From an uncultured Gammaproteobacteria bacterium (GTDB taxonomy: Bacteria; Patescibacteriota; Microgenomatia; Levybacterales; GWA1-39-11): 64,000 nt of DNA. The DNA is taken from the NCBI GenBank assembly GCA_964485575.1, contig CAZAJO010000004.1, positions 25,307 through 89,306 of the forward strand, given 5' to 3'. Position numbers and translations under genes: made by a program. How positions within the stretch are numbered: the stretch's first letter is position 1; every line of letters begins with the position of its first letter. The notes under the pieces were generated by a model, which was not told the DNA's origin, made no database searches, and saw only the letters and a list, made by a program, of their open reading frames with translations. Of this stretch, positions 1-9,726 are shown in pieces.

Positions 1-366
1 CTCTAAAATACTCTTTACTTTCTTGAGCAAATCTTCGTGTGATATCTGATACTTCAAAATATAATCAATTGCCCCTCTATTGAGTGCTTCTTTTACTAAT
101 TCGTCATGTGAAAAATTAGTAAGCATAGCAACTGGTATACCTTTTACAGCCTCGTCTTCCTTTAAAGCCCTTAGAACGTCATTACCACTCATATCAGGCA
201 TCATCTGGTCTAAAAGTATGAGATCAAATGGTTCAGTCTTGACTGATGCGAGTGCCCCTTGACCATTATTGGCTATAGTTACCTCATACCCTCCCTGCTT
301 CAGAACAGTCTCAAAAACTGTAGCAGTATCCAATTCATCATCCACGAGAAGTATTTTTAGAGACAT
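1..366 (-). CDS. Response regulator receiver (CheY-like) protein, runs off the window edge
   Basis: Manual translation (absent from ORF track): MSLKILLVDDELD...FDLILLDQMMPDMSGNDVL...IPVAMLTN...GAIDYILK, with the acidic pocket, phospho-Asp, Thr and Lys of REC domains. Confidence 0.9.
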   Translation of the reverse strand, partial: MSLKILLVDDELDTATVFETVLKQGGYEVTIANNGQGALASVKTEPFDLILLDQMMPDMSGNDVLRALKEDEAVKGIPVAMLTNFSHDELVKEALNRGAIDYILKYQISHEDLLKKVKSILE

Positions 367-431
367 ATACCTAATTCCAGGCTATCAACTATCCGTGAAA
401 AATGCAAGGGGCGGTACAGGTCCACAATCAA

Positions 432-1946
432 TTAGGCAGCCTGGGAAAAACCAAGAAGCTCCAGTTCTCCATTGAGCGTTACCGGCTTATATGTACCATC
501 AGGCTGTTTTTCCATGATTTGTTTATCAGAAAGTACGGCTGGATCAAATCCTTTTGTGTTTATACTTTCTCTTTTTGCTTCAGCTTTATTCTGATCAATT
601 GCAGCGGGTACATCAATATAGTACTGCTCCACCATCGCATCAACCTTCTTCCAAAGCTCGTCACTACCTTTTTGAACACGTTGCTTCCATAAATCTGCTT
701 TTCTTTTAGACTCTGGCCCACCACCATTTGAAGTAGCAATTTTTTCATACGTCGCTGCAATAAGAGGCATATAATGAGTCGGTGGCATAAGGCTTCTGCA
801 TTGTGTTATGAATTTTTCAACTGCTTCAGGAGTTGCAGGTAGATAAAATATACCCTCTGAGAAATTTTTCTCATGGTCACTTTTTGCCATATTTGCATGT
901 ATTTTAATTATTTCAGAGAGGGATTTTGATGATACCGCTGAAAGACCAACTTCTTGGTGGGGAGAGACAAGATCCCGGCCAAAACAAACAACCTTCATTC
1001 GATCAATATCAGTCCTAACCTGCCCCGCCTCTTCTTTCATCTTCCCCGCTGCAAAGTCTTTGATGTCATCAGTTGTAATTCTTTCTAAAGATCCATCTTT
1101 TGTTTTAGTAGAAAATCCGGCTTCTTCTTGTAGCTCTTTTTCACCTTGGTTATAAATTGTTTGATTTCTAAAATTTTGAGGGTGACCAGGAACGGTCAGA
1201 CGTGAAAAAGTTGAATCCATTATACCTGCGCCTAAAGCCCCAGGCTGTCCTCCTGACTCTTTTGACGCACGGTATTGGTTGTTTTCTGCAAACCGTCTGC
1301 CTAAAACAAAATAATTGTGAGGACTTCCCTCAGACTCAGTCGTTTCCAATATATTACAAACTCCTGTCGGATACGCAAATTCAATAAGCCCACGAGTAAC
1401 GTCTTCTGGCTTTCTGATGTGTTTGTAAGCAATAAAGGGAACTTTATTAACATCGGCTAGAATTGTATTTCCATCTTTTGAAACGGTGATATTACTGAGC
1501 CGAAATTTATTGTTGTTCTCCATTTTCCGTGCAAATATTGCCCTGTCTCTTGCTGAAAGAAGATCATAATCTTGAGCCTTTTTCTGTGGAAGTGCTGATA
1601 CATATGCAGACTTTTGCTTATCTGTTATAGTAACCCCTAGCTCACGCCATAAAGCAATTTCAGCTTCAATTTCTGATATATTAGCCCCTTCTTTTATGGC
1701 GTCAGCTAAAGTAAATGGGACTTCTTTTTCTTTCAAGTCTTTCTTTATCGCATTTAAGATATTTGCACCATATTCGCCTTGAGCGAGCAATTTCTCCTTC
1801 ATGTGTGGTGGGCGTGGCAAAGTTTGGCCGGTTATAAATTCCAGTCCTTCTGGCCGCGTTGATAAGGCCAAAATTTCATATGCTCGCGTACTAAATAATG
1901 GTTGCGGCTCTTTATATTCGGCTGAACGAGGTTGAAGTTCTTGCAT
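432..1946 (-). CDS. Hypothetical protein, possibly a divergent Nudix-fold protein
   Basis: 504-aa ORF; YPTGVCNILET...FVLGRR...PGALGAG...KELQEEAGF loosely resembles Nudix hydrolases. Confidence 0.55.
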   Translation of the reverse strand: MQELQPRSAEYKEPQPLFSTRAYEILALSTRPEGLEFITGQTLPRPPHMKEKLLAQGEYGANILNAIKKDLKEKEVPFTLADAIKEGANISEIEAEIALWRELGVTITDKQKSAYVSALPQKKAQDYDLLSARDRAIFARKMENNNKFRLSNITVSKDGNTILADVNKVPFIAYKHIRKPEDVTRGLIEFAYPTGVCNILETTESEGSPHNYFVLGRRFAENNQYRASKESGGQPGALGAGIMDSTFSRLTVPGHPQNFRNQTIYNQGEKELQEEAGFSTKTKDGSLERITTDDIKDFAAGKMKEEAGQVRTDIDRMKVVCFGRDLVSPHQEVGLSAVSSKSLSEIIKIHANMAKSDHEKNFSEGIFYLPATPEAVEKFITQCRSLMPPTHYMPLIAATYEKIATSNGGGPESKRKADLWKQRVQKGSDELWKKVDAMVEQYYIDVPAAIDQNKAEAKRESINTKGFDPAVLSDKQIMEKQPDGTYKPVTLNGELELLGFSQAA

Positions 1947-1984
1947 TCCTCTATTTTATAGTATTTATTGCATCTTGGGCAACC

Positions 1985-2827
1985 TTAGTTCAATTTCCAT
2001 GATTCTCCATCTGAAGTGATTTCTATATCCCCCTTCAAAGTATCTTTATAGGCAATACTGTATTGCCTGAGAATATCTATCACTTGAGGTGAGGGGTGAT
2101 GATACCGGTTACGATATCCGTATGACAGAACAGCATATTTAGGCACGATATGTTGGAATGTGAACTCATCTATCCCTGTTTTTGAGCCGTGGTGGGGAGG
2201 CTTAAATACATTTATATAATCTAACTGAGGTATAATTGAATTGAGAAATGTTGATGGGATATCCCCAGTCAACAAAGATTGAAACTTCCCATACTTAACC
2301 ATCTGCACCAATGAATAGTCGTTTGTCTCCTCACTCTTAAGATCCAAAAAACCACTGGTAGGCCAGTATGTGGAAATGGCAACACCATCTTTTGTTTTTA
2401 ATCCATCTCCCAAAAGTATGGAGTGTTTTGTGATTTTTTTCTCATCTAAAAGACCCATCAGTTCTTTATAAACTTCCGTTCCTTTTGGCGCTTCTGGAGT
2501 TCCAAAATATCCCACATTATAGGACTTTACAACACCGATGAGTCCCGTCAGATGGTCAGCATCAGGATGAGTCAGATATATTACTTCTATTGCCCTGTCC
2601 CAGAAAGGCAAATGCCTTGAGAGACAATCTGTCATGGAATTTTCATGCGGTCCACCATCAATTATTATGTCTAGACCCCTTGGAGTTCGGATTAAAATTC
2701 CATCTCCCTGCCCTACGTTGCAAAAAATCAGATGAAATTTGTTGTCAGAGAACTGTGTTAAGTGATAGGCCACCAAAATGCATAGAAAAGACATTGATAA
2801 CAAGCCAAATAGCAAAATCCGCCTCAT
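1985..2827 (-). CDS. ComEC-type metallo-beta-lactamase-fold protein
   Basis: NVGQGD, LTHPDADHLTG, LLTGD, PHHGS, YHHP motifs; adjacent to comEC and comEA. Confidence 0.9.
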   Translation of the reverse strand: MRRILLFGLLSMSFLCILVAYHLTQFSDNKFHLIFCNVGQGDGILIRTPRGLDIIIDGGPHENSMTDCLSRHLPFWDRAIEVIYLTHPDADHLTGLIGVVKSYNVGYFGTPEAPKGTEVYKELMGLLDEKKITKHSILLGDGLKTKDGVAISTYWPTSGFLDLKSEETNDYSLVQMVKYGKFQSLLTGDIPSTFLNSIIPQLDYINVFKPPHHGSKTGIDEFTFQHIVPKYAVLSYGYRNRYHHPSPQVIDILRQYSIAYKDTLKGDIEITSDGESWKLN

Positions 2828-4041
2828 TTTTTTACAGTTTTCCTTTCTTTTAGTCTAATAACTACTACTAAAAGTATCAAATAGTACCCAAAAATGCATG
2901 CAATTGGTACTGTATCTATACTTATCTGTAAGTTTATTTTGGAGAATAACACTACTATAGTCGTAAAATAAGACAGAAATGGATAGCAAAGAAGTATCAA
3001 AGGTTTGGCTATAATTGGTAAAAACAAGGAAATCAAACCCGCTAGCCCTCCAAAAATCATTATGATGGGAATAGTCCAAAGAACTAATATATTTACTGGA
3101 AATGAGAGTAACGAGTAAGTTCCAAAGACTGTTATTATGAGTGGAAAGGTTGCGATTTGAGCTGAAAGGGTCGTAGTAATGTCATCTTTTATAAAACTCA
3201 GAAACTTAAAACGTAACATGGAATCAAGAATTGGTTTAACCGTCAATATTCCAAATGTCGATAAAAAAGACAATTGAAATGAAACGTCTATGATCTCCTC
3301 CGGCTGTACAAATAGCATCGCCCACCCAGTCAGAAAAAGTACATAAATGCTACCTATTTGTCTACCGCTAAATAGTGCAGTGTATGCCAAAATTGCCATA
3401 ATACTTGCCCTAACAATTGGTGGGTCAAATCCTGTCAGAACTGCGTAGACCAGCACACCAAGTGCCGTGAAAAGTAATGCAAGTCTTCTTTTCACGAAGG
3501 TGCTAAATATTACCAAAAGAAGCATTGCAGCTATGCTGACGTTCTGTCCTGAGGCTGCTATGACATGCAGAACTCCTGCATTTTTCAACTGTTGGTAATA
3601 CTCACTATCTATCTTGTCTCTGACTCCTAAAATTATGCCAAGCAGTAGCCCTCCTTCTCTAGATGGCAAAGTTGTCATGACAGCTTTCTCCACTTTTAGT
3701 CTTACTGATTTCGAAAAAGCCAACAGAAAGTTGTGACTTTTTATCTTTGTGATCTTTGGATTTTCGACAACCAACAATTGCCCTTTTTTAGAATCTTTCT
3801 TTATGATCTTTCCTTCGATCATTACATTGTCTCCATAATGGTAAGACGGATATAACGGTACAGTTATGAGAATCCCATCGGTAAAGAAGTATTGAGAAAG
3901 AGAATTTTTCTTTGGCTCATGAATAAAGCTATAGGATTTTTTGTATGTTTCGTTTTCTTGATAGATATGACGCTCTTCTATCCAAAAAAACTCTCGTGTT
4001 AGTAGCGCTAAAAGTAGTATGCCGATAAATAAGTGCTTCAT
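2824..4041 (-). CDS. comEC: ComEC/Rec2 competence membrane channel
   Basis: GVLHVIAASGQNV, PPIVRASIM, SFQLSF motifs; multiple hydrophobic segments. Confidence 0.9.
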   Translation of the reverse strand: MKHLFIGILLLALLTREFFWIEERHIYQENETYKKSYSFIHEPKKNSLSQYFFTDGILITVPLYPSYHYGDNVMIEGKIIKKDSKKGQLLVVENPKITKIKSHNFLLAFSKSVRLKVEKAVMTTLPSREGGLLLGIILGVRDKIDSEYYQQLKNAGVLHVIAASGQNVSIAAMLLLVIFSTFVKRRLALLFTALGVLVYAVLTGFDPPIVRASIMAILAYTALFSGRQIGSIYVLFLTGWAMLFVQPEEIIDVSFQLSFLSTFGILTVKPILDSMLRFKFLSFIKDDITTTLSAQIATFPLIITVFGTYSLLSFPVNILVLWTIPIIMIFGGLAGLISLFLPIIAKPLILLCYPFLSYFTTIVVLFSKINLQISIDTVPIACIFGYYLILLVVVIRLKERKTVKK

Positions 4042-4047
4042 TGATAC

Positions 4048-4710
4048 CTACTCTGCCACTATCTTATCCTTTATCCCTTCGAATGTTTTTTGACCTAAGA
4101 TTTTCTTACTTACTAACTCGTTTATATTTGAATATGGACGACCAGCGATTATTTTTCTTGCTGTCACCGGTCCAACTTTCTGAAGTGTGTCTAATTCTGA
4201 TTCACTCGCTGAATTTATATTGATCAGTCCACTACTTTCAACAGTTGAGGCTGAGGAATTATCTAAGGTAGCATCGTTTGTATCTACAGATATATTTATA
4301 GTCTTAACCTCACCTATTGCTGGAATATAGATTTTGCCCCCATCCACCACTTTTTGAGCTTGATTCAGATGCTTGCTAACAAATACTCTGTCAGCAGATG
4401 ATGACAAACCCCCGGCTGCTATAAGGGCATCTTGGATCCTGGATCCATCTGCAAGCACATATACACCAGGATGCAGCACTTTTCCTTCAACATCAACAGA
4501 AATCTTGTTGGTAGTAGATGCACCTTTTATATCAGTAGCTTTACTCTCACTTGAGGTGAATACGATATCTGAAGTGTCACTTTTTGAGGCTATGTATTGA
4601 AATACTCCTAGAATCATGAGTAAAACTCCAAGAGAAATAAGTCCTACGAAAAGGAGATTTTTCTTAATAAATTCTAAAATAAATTCTTGGCGGGATTGTG
4701 TTTCCTCCAC
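4048..4710 (-). CDS. comEA: ComEA DNA-binding competence protein (SLBB + HhH)
   Basis: N-terminal TM, VDVEGKVLHPGVY...RIQDALIAAGG, ININSASESELDTLQKVGPVTARKII. Confidence 0.92.
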   Translation of the reverse strand: MEETQSRQEFILEFIKKNLLFVGLISLGVLLMILGVFQYIASKSDTSDIVFTSSESKATDIKGASTTNKISVDVEGKVLHPGVYVLADGSRIQDALIAAGGLSSSADRVFVSKHLNQAQKVVDGGKIYIPAIGEVKTINISVDTNDATLDNSSASTVESSGLININSASESELDTLQKVGPVTARKIIAGRPYSNINELVSKKILGQKTFEGIKDKIVAE

Positions 4711-4766
4711 TCCTTATCTTATGGCTGATTTAAGCAGTATTTCAAGTAGAAAAATGCGTAGCTCAA

Positions 4767-7718
4767 TTAAACAACGAAATTCACGATCTTACCTGATACA
4801 TAAATGACTTTCTTAATATCTTGACCCTCTAATTGTTTCAAAACCGCAACTTTAGCTTTATTTTCAATCAGATTTCTATCTTCAAGATCTTGGCTACTAA
4901 TTTCTATTTCTCCCCTTCTTTTTCCGTTGATTTGCACAGGAATTACTGTTGATGATGAAATAAGATGCTTTTGGTCAAATTCAGGCCAATTACTCAAATG
5001 TATTGATCCCTCCCCAATTCCACTCCAAATCTCCTCTGTCATATGGGGAGCAAAAGGAGCAAGAAGCCTGAGATAAACCCTAACTTCTTCCTTGCTTAAT
5101 TCTTGATTGTTAACTCTTACCTCCTGGTTGAGGTAGTTGTACCACTCCATGAGCTTTGCGATTGCAGTGTTGTAGCCAAATTCGGATATATCTTTAGTGA
5201 CCCCCTGGATGGTTTTATGCATCATCATCGTCCTTTCATTACTCAGTTGTACTTCATCCTTTGATGATTGGGAAAGAAGTTTCCAGACTTTTCGTAAAAA
5301 TCTGTTCATACCCTCTATCCCACTATCCCTAAAGTCTCCACCGTCAGAGTATGGGCCTATGAACATGAGGTAAGTACGAAGAGTATCAGCCCCATATTTA
5401 CCGATGTACTCGTCAGGTACAACGACATTTCCTTTGCTTTTACTCATCTTTGCTCCATCCTTTATGATGAGACCATGAGCAAAGAAAGTAGAAAATGGTT
5501 CCTCGAAGTTCAAATACCCCAAATCGGACAGCACCATCGTGACAAAACGTGAATATAAAAGGTGTAGCACACTATGTTCTGCTCCGCCAATGTACATGTT
5601 TACTGGTAGCCATTTTCTAGTTGTTTCTATATCAAAAGGTGCTGTAGATACATCAGTTGAGGGGTATCTGAGGAAATACCAGCTACTATCAAGGAAAGTA
5701 TCTGACACATCGGTCTCTCGAGTTGCATCTCCCCCGCAAGATGGACAGGTAGTCTTGTAAAATTCAGGATGATTGGCAAGTGGAGCTTTTCCTGTTCCCA
5801 TTGGTTTCCAATCGGAAACTGATGGTAAAAGTACAGGAAGTTCAGCTTCAGAAACCGTAAACCATCCTTCCATGCCTGTTACCTCAGCTTTACCATTTTT
5901 TTGACAAGTTGAACAGAAGATCATAGGTATTGGCGGCCCCCAATACCTTTGTCGGGAAATGAGCCAATCCCTGAGGTGGAAATTGGATTTTCTAACCCCA
6001 ATTTCTCTTTTTTCAAGGTTTGAAAGAACTTGATCCATTTGCTCTGGCATTACAAGATCATTCCAGGTATCAGAATTTGTTAAGATCCCTTTTCCCGTAT
6101 AAGGCTCAACTTTGAACTCATCAGAACTATTTGTTGTATCAAACCCAAGCTCAATTGCCCGAGCTACTCCATGCTTTAAAAATCTTTCCCAATGTCTTAT
6201 ACCCTCAAGATCCGGATACGACAGCCAATTTTCAAGAATCTCTTTTGGCGTTCTCCAAACAAGCTCAAAATTCTCGTGCTCTTCATGTTTTGTAGGTAAT
6301 AAATCGTTGTCTTCTAGAATTACAAGATATCCTGAAGCTTTCGCAACCCTATATGACTTTCGCCCTCCACTGAAGAAATGAGGGTAGGCATCTCCAATCT
6401 TTTCAACGTGTTTGAAATTATGAAGCCCACTTTCTTCTGTCACTTCCCGCATTACGCCTTTTTCCTCATCTTCTCCTTCTTCTGTTCCTCCGGCAAATAA
6501 TCCTAGGAAGTTATCCCGCTCCGGCCAGAGCGCGACTGCATATTTTTGAGTCCTTGGATCAAATATCACACCTGCTCCTCCATCGCGTCTTTCTTCACCA
6601 TCATGAGGATTTCCATTTTCAGGCATGATAACCTGTTTTACAGCTAGGTTATATTTCTTGGCAAATTCAAAATCACGGCTGTCATGAGCAGGAACTGCCA
6701 TGATTGCCCCAGTTCCATAGCCTGAAAGTACATAGTCAGCGATCCAAACAGGAATCTCCTCATTATTTACAGGATTTATCGCTGTAAGGCCTGAATCAAC
6801 TCCAGTTTTTTCTTTCCCCTCCCCAGTTCTCTCAATATCAGTCTTATCCTTAACTTTTTCTATGTATTGCCTTACCTCTTTACTATCTAAAGTTGAAACA
6901 AGGCTGTGTTCGGGCGCAATAACCATGAATGTTGCACCATACAACGTATCTGGCCGTGTTGTAAAAACCTTCAAACTTTCCTCTCGATCTTTGATTTTGA
7001 ATTCAACCTCCGCTCCTTCACTTTTACCTATCCAATTTGTTTGGGCAATTTTGACCTTGTTCGACCAATCAAGACCTTCAATATTTTTAAGTAGTCTGTC
7101 TGCATATTTAGTAATCCTAAAGAACCACTGTTCAAGATTTTTCTTCTCCACTTTTGTGCCGCAACGCTCACACGACCCATCTATAACTTGCTCATCAGAC
7201 AAAACCGTTAAGTCTTTTGGACACCAATTAACAAGAGCGGTATCACGATATGCAAGGCCAGCTTTAAAAAGTGTTACAAATAGCCACTGGGTCCATTTAT
7301 AGTAATTTGGATTATATGTTTCGACCGTACGTTGCCAATCAAACGAGTTTCCAATACTTCTCATTTGCCTATAAAAGTTCTTCTCAGCAATCTCTGCCTG
7401 TTCTTTAGGGTGTCTTCCTACTTTTAAGGCATAGTTTTCACTATGAATACCAAATCCGTCTAACCCGATAGGCTCAAGAACATCCTTCCCTTGCATGCGT
7501 TGAAATTTTGCGTATACATCGGCACCAGTAAATGCGTACATATTGCCTACATGAAGCCCCTCTGCTGAAGGGTATGGGAACATCATGAGGTTAAAATATG
7601 GGTTCTTTGCTGCTTTTATATCAGGGCTAAAAGTCCTGTCACTCTCCCATTTCTCTTGCCATTTAGCCTCAATATCTGCTGGTATATATTTATTTTCTGC
7701 TGACTTTTGCTGCTTCAT
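4767..7718 (-). CDS. leuS: Leucine--tRNA ligase with inserted Nudix domain
   Basis: MFPYPSAEGLHVGN (HIGH), VFTTRPDT, GTGAIMAVPAHD, DWLISRQRYWG, KMSKSKGN; start placed at ATG 7718. Confidence 0.97.
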   Translation of the reverse strand: MKQQKSAENKYIPADIEAKWQEKWESDRTFSPDIKAAKNPYFNLMMFPYPSAEGLHVGNMYAFTGADVYAKFQRMQGKDVLEPIGLDGFGIHSENYALKVGRHPKEQAEIAEKNFYRQMRSIGNSFDWQRTVETYNPNYYKWTQWLFVTLFKAGLAYRDTALVNWCPKDLTVLSDEQVIDGSCERCGTKVEKKNLEQWFFRITKYADRLLKNIEGLDWSNKVKIAQTNWIGKSEGAEVEFKIKDREESLKVFTTRPDTLYGATFMVIAPEHSLVSTLDSKEVRQYIEKVKDKTDIERTGEGKEKTGVDSGLTAINPVNNEEIPVWIADYVLSGYGTGAIMAVPAHDSRDFEFAKKYNLAVKQVIMPENGNPHDGEERRDGGAGVIFDPRTQKYAVALWPERDNFLGLFAGGTEEGEDEEKGVMREVTEESGLHNFKHVEKIGDAYPHFFSGGRKSYRVAKASGYLVILEDNDLLPTKHEEHENFELVWRTPKEILENWLSYPDLEGIRHWERFLKHGVARAIELGFDTTNSSDEFKVEPYTGKGILTNSDTWNDLVMPEQMDQVLSNLEKREIGVRKSNFHLRDWLISRQRYWGPPIPMIFCSTCQKNGKAEVTGMEGWFTVSEAELPVLLPSVSDWKPMGTGKAPLANHPEFYKTTCPSCGGDATRETDVSDTFLDSSWYFLRYPSTDVSTAPFDIETTRKWLPVNMYIGGAEHSVLHLLYSRFVTMVLSDLGYLNFEEPFSTFFAHGLIIKDGAKMSKSKGNVVVPDEYIGKYGADTLRTYLMFIGPYSDGGDFRDSGIEGMNRFLRKVWKLLSQSSKDEVQLSNERTMMMHKTIQGVTKDISEFGYNTAIAKLMEWYNYLNQEVRVNNQELSKEEVRVYLRLLAPFAPHMTEEIWSGIGEGSIHLSNWPEFDQKHLISSSTVIPVQINGKRRGEIEISSQDLEDRNLIENKAKVAVLKQLEGQDIKKVIYVSGKIVNFVV

Positions 7719-7784
7719 ATAGACATCCTCTATTCTATCAAATCCAAGTACAAACTTCACTACAACGAAGTAAGTGGATTAATC

Positions 7785-7878
7785 GCGGGTGGCTAGCGGG
7801 GGGAGACCCTCACTGAGCATCCGCAGTGAAGCAACGCGAAACGAGGATTGTCGAGTGAGGAGCGACGACAGAACCCGC
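7785..7878 (+). repeat. Dispersed structured repeat family A, copy 1 (about 95 bp)
   Basis: Near-identical to 9622-9719; shared core GGTGGCTAGCGGGGGGAG...CCGCAGTGAAGCAACGCGAAACGAGGATTGTCG...GAGCGACGACAG; self-complementary ends. Confidence 0.85.
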
Positions 7879-8042
7879 ACTTCTTGGCAGGAACCCAAAA
7901 ATTCTGATTTGTGCTACAATCCCCCTATCGCTTTGCGGTTAAATAACGCTCGGCCTTTTGGCCTTAGCTTGCGTTGTGTTGGCCGTGAGGCTCGCACATT
8001 AAAAACGCAGGAATTATTCGTAACTACAGCAGGAGTACGTCA

Positions 8043-8498
8043 ATGAATCTGGAAGAACTCTATTTATCCGACCCTCTCCGAAGGACACTCATCCTTGCAG
8101 GTGACGAGGCCAAACGCCTCCGTCGTAAGGAAGTGTCCACCCTAGACATTGTCGCAGGGATGCTCCTTGAAGGAGAAGGAACTGCGGCAGTAGCCCTAGC
8201 ACGATTCGATGTGGACATCCATGCATATCGCCGTGCAGTCGGCAGAATTTTTGGAGAAGGGAAATCACCTCCAAATCCACAGATTGTCTTTACGCACAAG
8301 GCAGAAAAAGCGCTGATCGCCGGACGGGAAGTTGCTGACTGCCTCAACCACGTGACCACCGGAACCGGTCATGTCTTAATCGCTGTCACACGCGACGTGA
8401 GATCTGATGCCGCCGGAGTTCTGCAATCACTCAGGGTGAACCTTGATAATCTGAGGGCAATAGTCCTCACGATCATCTACGATTACCCTGGTCGGTGA
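8043..8498 (+). CDS. Stand-alone Clp protease N-terminal (ClpN repeat) domain protein
   Basis: Two ClpN repeats: LAGDEAKRLRRKEVSTLDIVAGMLLEGEGTAAVAL and FTHKAEKAL...HVTTGTGHVLIAV; no AAA+ domain; AGGAG SD. Confidence 0.85.
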   Translation: MNLEELYLSDPLRRTLILAGDEAKRLRRKEVSTLDIVAGMLLEGEGTAAVALARFDVDIHAYRRAVGRIFGEGKSPPNPQIVFTHKAEKALIAGREVADCLNHVTTGTGHVLIAVTRDVRSDAAGVLQSLRVNLDNLRAIVLTIIYDYPGR

Positions 8499-8564
8499 TG
8501 GTGCAACACATCCTACGGTGAGCTACTCGCTCACCCCGAACCCCTAGTTTTTGGAGGTGCCCAC

Positions 8565-8897
8565 GTGGGCGAGCAACTATCGGAATCCAGCCAAGATCAA
8601 GAGGCTGGCGAAAAGCCAAGGGCAGGCAGGGCGTCAGACCCTAAGCCCAAGCACCCAGGCACAGTCCTTGAGCGGCTTACGGCCATCCTCGTCGAACAAC
8701 TCGGCGTTGAAGAGGAGGACGTTACCCTAAGTGCCAACTTCGTTGACGACCTCAACGCGGACTCCCTCGACCTCGTCGAGCTCATCATGTCCCTGGAGGA
8801 GGAGTTCGACTCCGAAATCCCTGACGAGGACGCGAAAGCCATCACGGACGTCCAGGCGGCACTGGACTACCTCCGCGACCACGGCGTCGTCGACTAA
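8565..8897 (+). CDS. acpP: Acyl carrier protein with N-terminal extension
   Basis: [23 protein letters not shown] with the phosphopantetheine Ser; EIPDEDA; GGAGG SD before GTG. Confidence 0.9.
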   Translation: MGEQLSESSQDQEAGEKPRAGRASDPKPKHPGTVLERLTAILVEQLGVEEEDVTLSANFVDDLNADSLDLVELIMSLEEEFDSEIPDEDAKAITDVQAALDYLRDHGVVD

Positions 8898-8922
8898 CGC
8901 CCTACCTGCGTTTTCAACCAAG

Positions 8923-8965
8923 AGGCGCCCTTCGGGGCGCCTTACCTTTCTTTGACTCTTTTTCA
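8923..8965 (+). terminator. Intrinsic terminator
   Basis: AGGCGCCC-TTCG-GGGCGCCT hairpin followed by a T-rich tract. Confidence 0.75.
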
Positions 8966-8989
8966 AATTTGAGATACCATTAACCTTAT

Positions 8990-9613
8990 ATGAGAAGCAA
9001 GCAGATTCTTGAAGGTTCCTCTATAGTCCTTGCAGTATTTTTCGTGTTTTTAGTACAAAATACCGTTCTTATCACTTATAATTCCTATTTGCTAGCCATA
9101 CTTATCATTTTTTCCGCCATATACATCAGCCTCAAAAGAAGATCAAAGTCTCCATCTTCCCTTTTCTCCGGTAGCCCTGTTGAACTCTTCGGACTCATAT
9201 CAATAATAGTACTCATGGTCAGCCTCACAAATGGACTTTCTTCTCCCCTATTCTTCTTTCTTTACTTCATCTTGTTCTTACTTGCATTCATGTGTGAAAG
9301 TATAACCATATGGATATTTTTGACCTCAATTCTACTTTTCTTCCTACCGATAGTTCTGCAGAGTGTGTCCTCTGATTCGCTTATCAAAATGGGATCACTA
9401 GTGCTAATTTCCCCTATAGCCTATTTCATCGGTAGGGAATTTGAGCGTAGACAACTCCTAAACCGTAAGATAGAAAGCAAAACTGATGAAATCATTCAAG
9501 AAGCAAGACTGCTAAAAGAGGATGGAACCCCTAAGGGTCAAGATGAATCTGAGGCTATTGATGAAATAATTGAAGAAGCCTCATCACTTAAAGAAGATGC
9601 ACAAACTGATTAA
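8990..9613 (+). CDS. Hypothetical multi-pass membrane protein
   Basis: About five hydrophobic helices (TNGLSSPLFFFLYF) and a charged C-terminal tail. Confidence 0.75.
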   Translation: MRSKQILEGSSIVLAVFFVFLVQNTVLITYNSYLLAILIIFSAIYISLKRRSKSPSSLFSGSPVELFGLISIIVLMVSLTNGLSSPLFFFLYFILFLLAFMCESITIWIFLTSILLFFLPIVLQSVSSDSLIKMGSLVLISPIAYFIGREFERRQLLNRKIESKTDEIIQEARLLKEDGTPKGQDESEAIDEIIEEASSLKEDAQTD

Positions 9614-9621
9614 CAATGATT

Positions 9622-9719
9622 TGGGGTGGCTAGCGGGGGGAGGCCCTCATCGAGCACCCGCAGTGAAGCAACGCGAAACGAGGATTGTCGGATGAGGGAG
9701 GAGCGACGACAGGACCCCA
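9622..9719 (+). repeat. Dispersed structured repeat family A, copy 2
   Basis: Direct repeat of 7785-7878 with compensatory stem changes. Confidence 0.85.
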
Positions 9720-9726
9720 TTTAAGC

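Noticed and set aside
7789-8046. 85-aa ORF, plus 9630-9899 and 35660-35875
   Set aside because: They run through non-coding repeats and show no protein-like features
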